DNA of 63,573 nt, filler included, from Aduncisulcus paluster (taxonomy: Eukaryota), in NCBI GenBank assembly GCA_024181965.1. It is 8 parts of 8 records of this genome, joined end to end, with 100 filler letters (N's around TTAATTAATTAA, not from the genome) between each part and the next. Parts side by side here need not be neighbours in the genome. Positions count along the whole stretch, not along the records: positions 59,682 to 63,573 come from BQXS01011213.1; 7 more parts are not named here. One strand, written 5' to 3'. The translations under genes and the position numbers were made by a program. Shown one piece after another: positions 62,053-63,573 of this stretch. The notes under the pieces are model-generated. The model did not search any database, was not told the origin of the DNA, and was given only the letters and a program-made list of their open reading frames with translations. Position 1 is the stretch's first letter, and every line of letters begins with the position of its first letter.

Positions 62053-62449
62053 CGACAAAAACAAAAAAGAACAGCCAGCGAGAGAACCAGTGAATAAAAC
62101 AGGGTGATTAGCTTCGGGGAACGGCTTCCGCCGCCGGCGGTGCGGCGCAACTTTTAGATTGAATCTTGTCTCATGAAATTCCTCGAATTTTGTAATTTTA
62201 TGTTGGTAAAATGTATTTTAAGCTAATATAATTGCCAATTTTAACAGTTAAAATATTTTAACCTTGAAGAATGAAGCTCTAAAGGAATCGTATTTCTCTA
62301 GAGCTCAAGACAAAAATTTTCTTATTTAAGAAAAACTAAATAAACTGGACACAACAATATATTGTTAAATTTTATCTCCATTTTATTTAAATATTGGTAT
62401 TAACATCACGATTTGAAAAGAGCCTCGATTTTTGTTCCTTATACCTATA

Positions 62450-63573
62450 ATGGAATTAAGTTCGATATATATCCTAAGAAATTCATTAAATAGAGACATT
62501 CGGACCCTTGAAGAATGGTTATCTTCAAATAGTGACCATGCAGATGAAGAAGCCATAACTGACGTCAATGATATCATAACTCAGAACAAAGATCTCTTAA
62601 AAGAGTTAAAAAAATTTGAGGATATACTTTGTGAGGCCACAGAATTAGATCCAATTCAAAAGAAGCGGTTGAGTGAGATAAAATCCTATTGCGAGGATGA
62701 TCCTTCGGAAGAATCGGAATCCGTTGATAATTATAAAGATGTCATATCAATTGATACTCAAAGCATGACGACAATGACCCTCGAAGAACTAGAGAAGACC
62801 CAATTACTAGACGAAAGAAAACGAAGTGTAGAATCCGAAAAACCAAGAACTGCAATTAATTTAGAATCTGAAATAGAAAAAGCAATGAAACAGCAAGAAG
62901 AAGAAAAGAAAAGAAGAGAAGAAGAAGAAGCTTTGAGGAAATTGAAGGAAGAAGAGGCGGAACGAGAAAAAAAAGCAGAAGAACTACGAGAATTGCGGAA
63001 AAACCAAGAAGAAGAGCAAAGAAGGAAAGAAGAAGAGGAAAGACAAAGGTTACAAGAAGAAAAGCTGAGAAGAGAGGAAGAAGAGAGAATTGAGAGAAGA
63101 AGGAGACAAGAAGAAGAGGAAAGAAAAGAAGAGAAGAAGAAGAAGCTTTGAGGAAATTGAAGGAAGAAGAGGCGGAACGAGAAAAAAAAGCAGAAGAACT
63201 ACGAGAATTGCGGAAAAACCAAGAAGAAGAGCAAAGAAGGAAAGAAGAAGAGGAAAGACAAAGGTTACAAGAAGAAAAGCTGAGAAGAGAGGAAGAAGAG
63301 AGAATTGAGAGAAGAAGGAGACAAGAAGAAGAGGAAAGACAAAGAAGAGAGGAAGAAGAGGAGAGGCAGAGAAAAGAAGAGAAGAAGAAGAAGCTTTGAG
63401 GAAATTGAAGGAAGAAGAGGCGGAACGAGAAAAAAAAGCAGAAGAACTACGAGAATTGCGGAAAAACCAAGAAGAAGAGCAAAGAAGGAAAGAAGAAGAG
63501 GAAAGACAAAGGTTACAAGAAGAAAAGCTGAGACAAAGAAGAGAGGAAGAAGAGGAACGGCAGAGAAAAGAAG
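62450..63573 (+). CDS. Glu/Arg/Lys-rich coiled-coil (single-alpha-helix-like) repeat protein with frameshifts at repeat junctions; runs off the window
   Basis: ATG 62450; near-identical DNA units begin at 62931, 63146 and 63394. Confidence 0.7.

Overview
Eukaryotic, gene-dense, intron-poor protist DNA in the standard genetic code. Inference, not verified: the axonemal dynein light chain, the GTATGT introns and two lineage-specific repeat-protein families I recall from Aduncisulcus paluster suggest a free-living fornicate/metamonad flagellate. The window is not one locus. Eight contigs are joined by seven artificial 100-nt linkers (N44-TTAATTAATTAA-N44), and seven 20-N gaps are each flanked by a duplicated overlap that falsely splits or lengthens genes. 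Recognisable genes: CCDC191-like (missed by the ORF track), kinase-remnant/ankyrin protein, PRPP synthetase, DNAL1 (two introns), a very large transcription-type cyclin-like protein, alpha-COP, cyclin B, Nse4, ATG7, SYS1-like, WD40, a ~2940-aa ABCA transporter, SDR and Prp22. The most notable non-genic items are the 3' end of an RLE-type non-LTR retrotransposon ending in (TAA)5, and an ~880-nt non-coding, A/C-skewed, densely self-complementary element (35741-36619) with recurring A-loop hairpins. No tRNA, rRNA or CRISPR array was seen.
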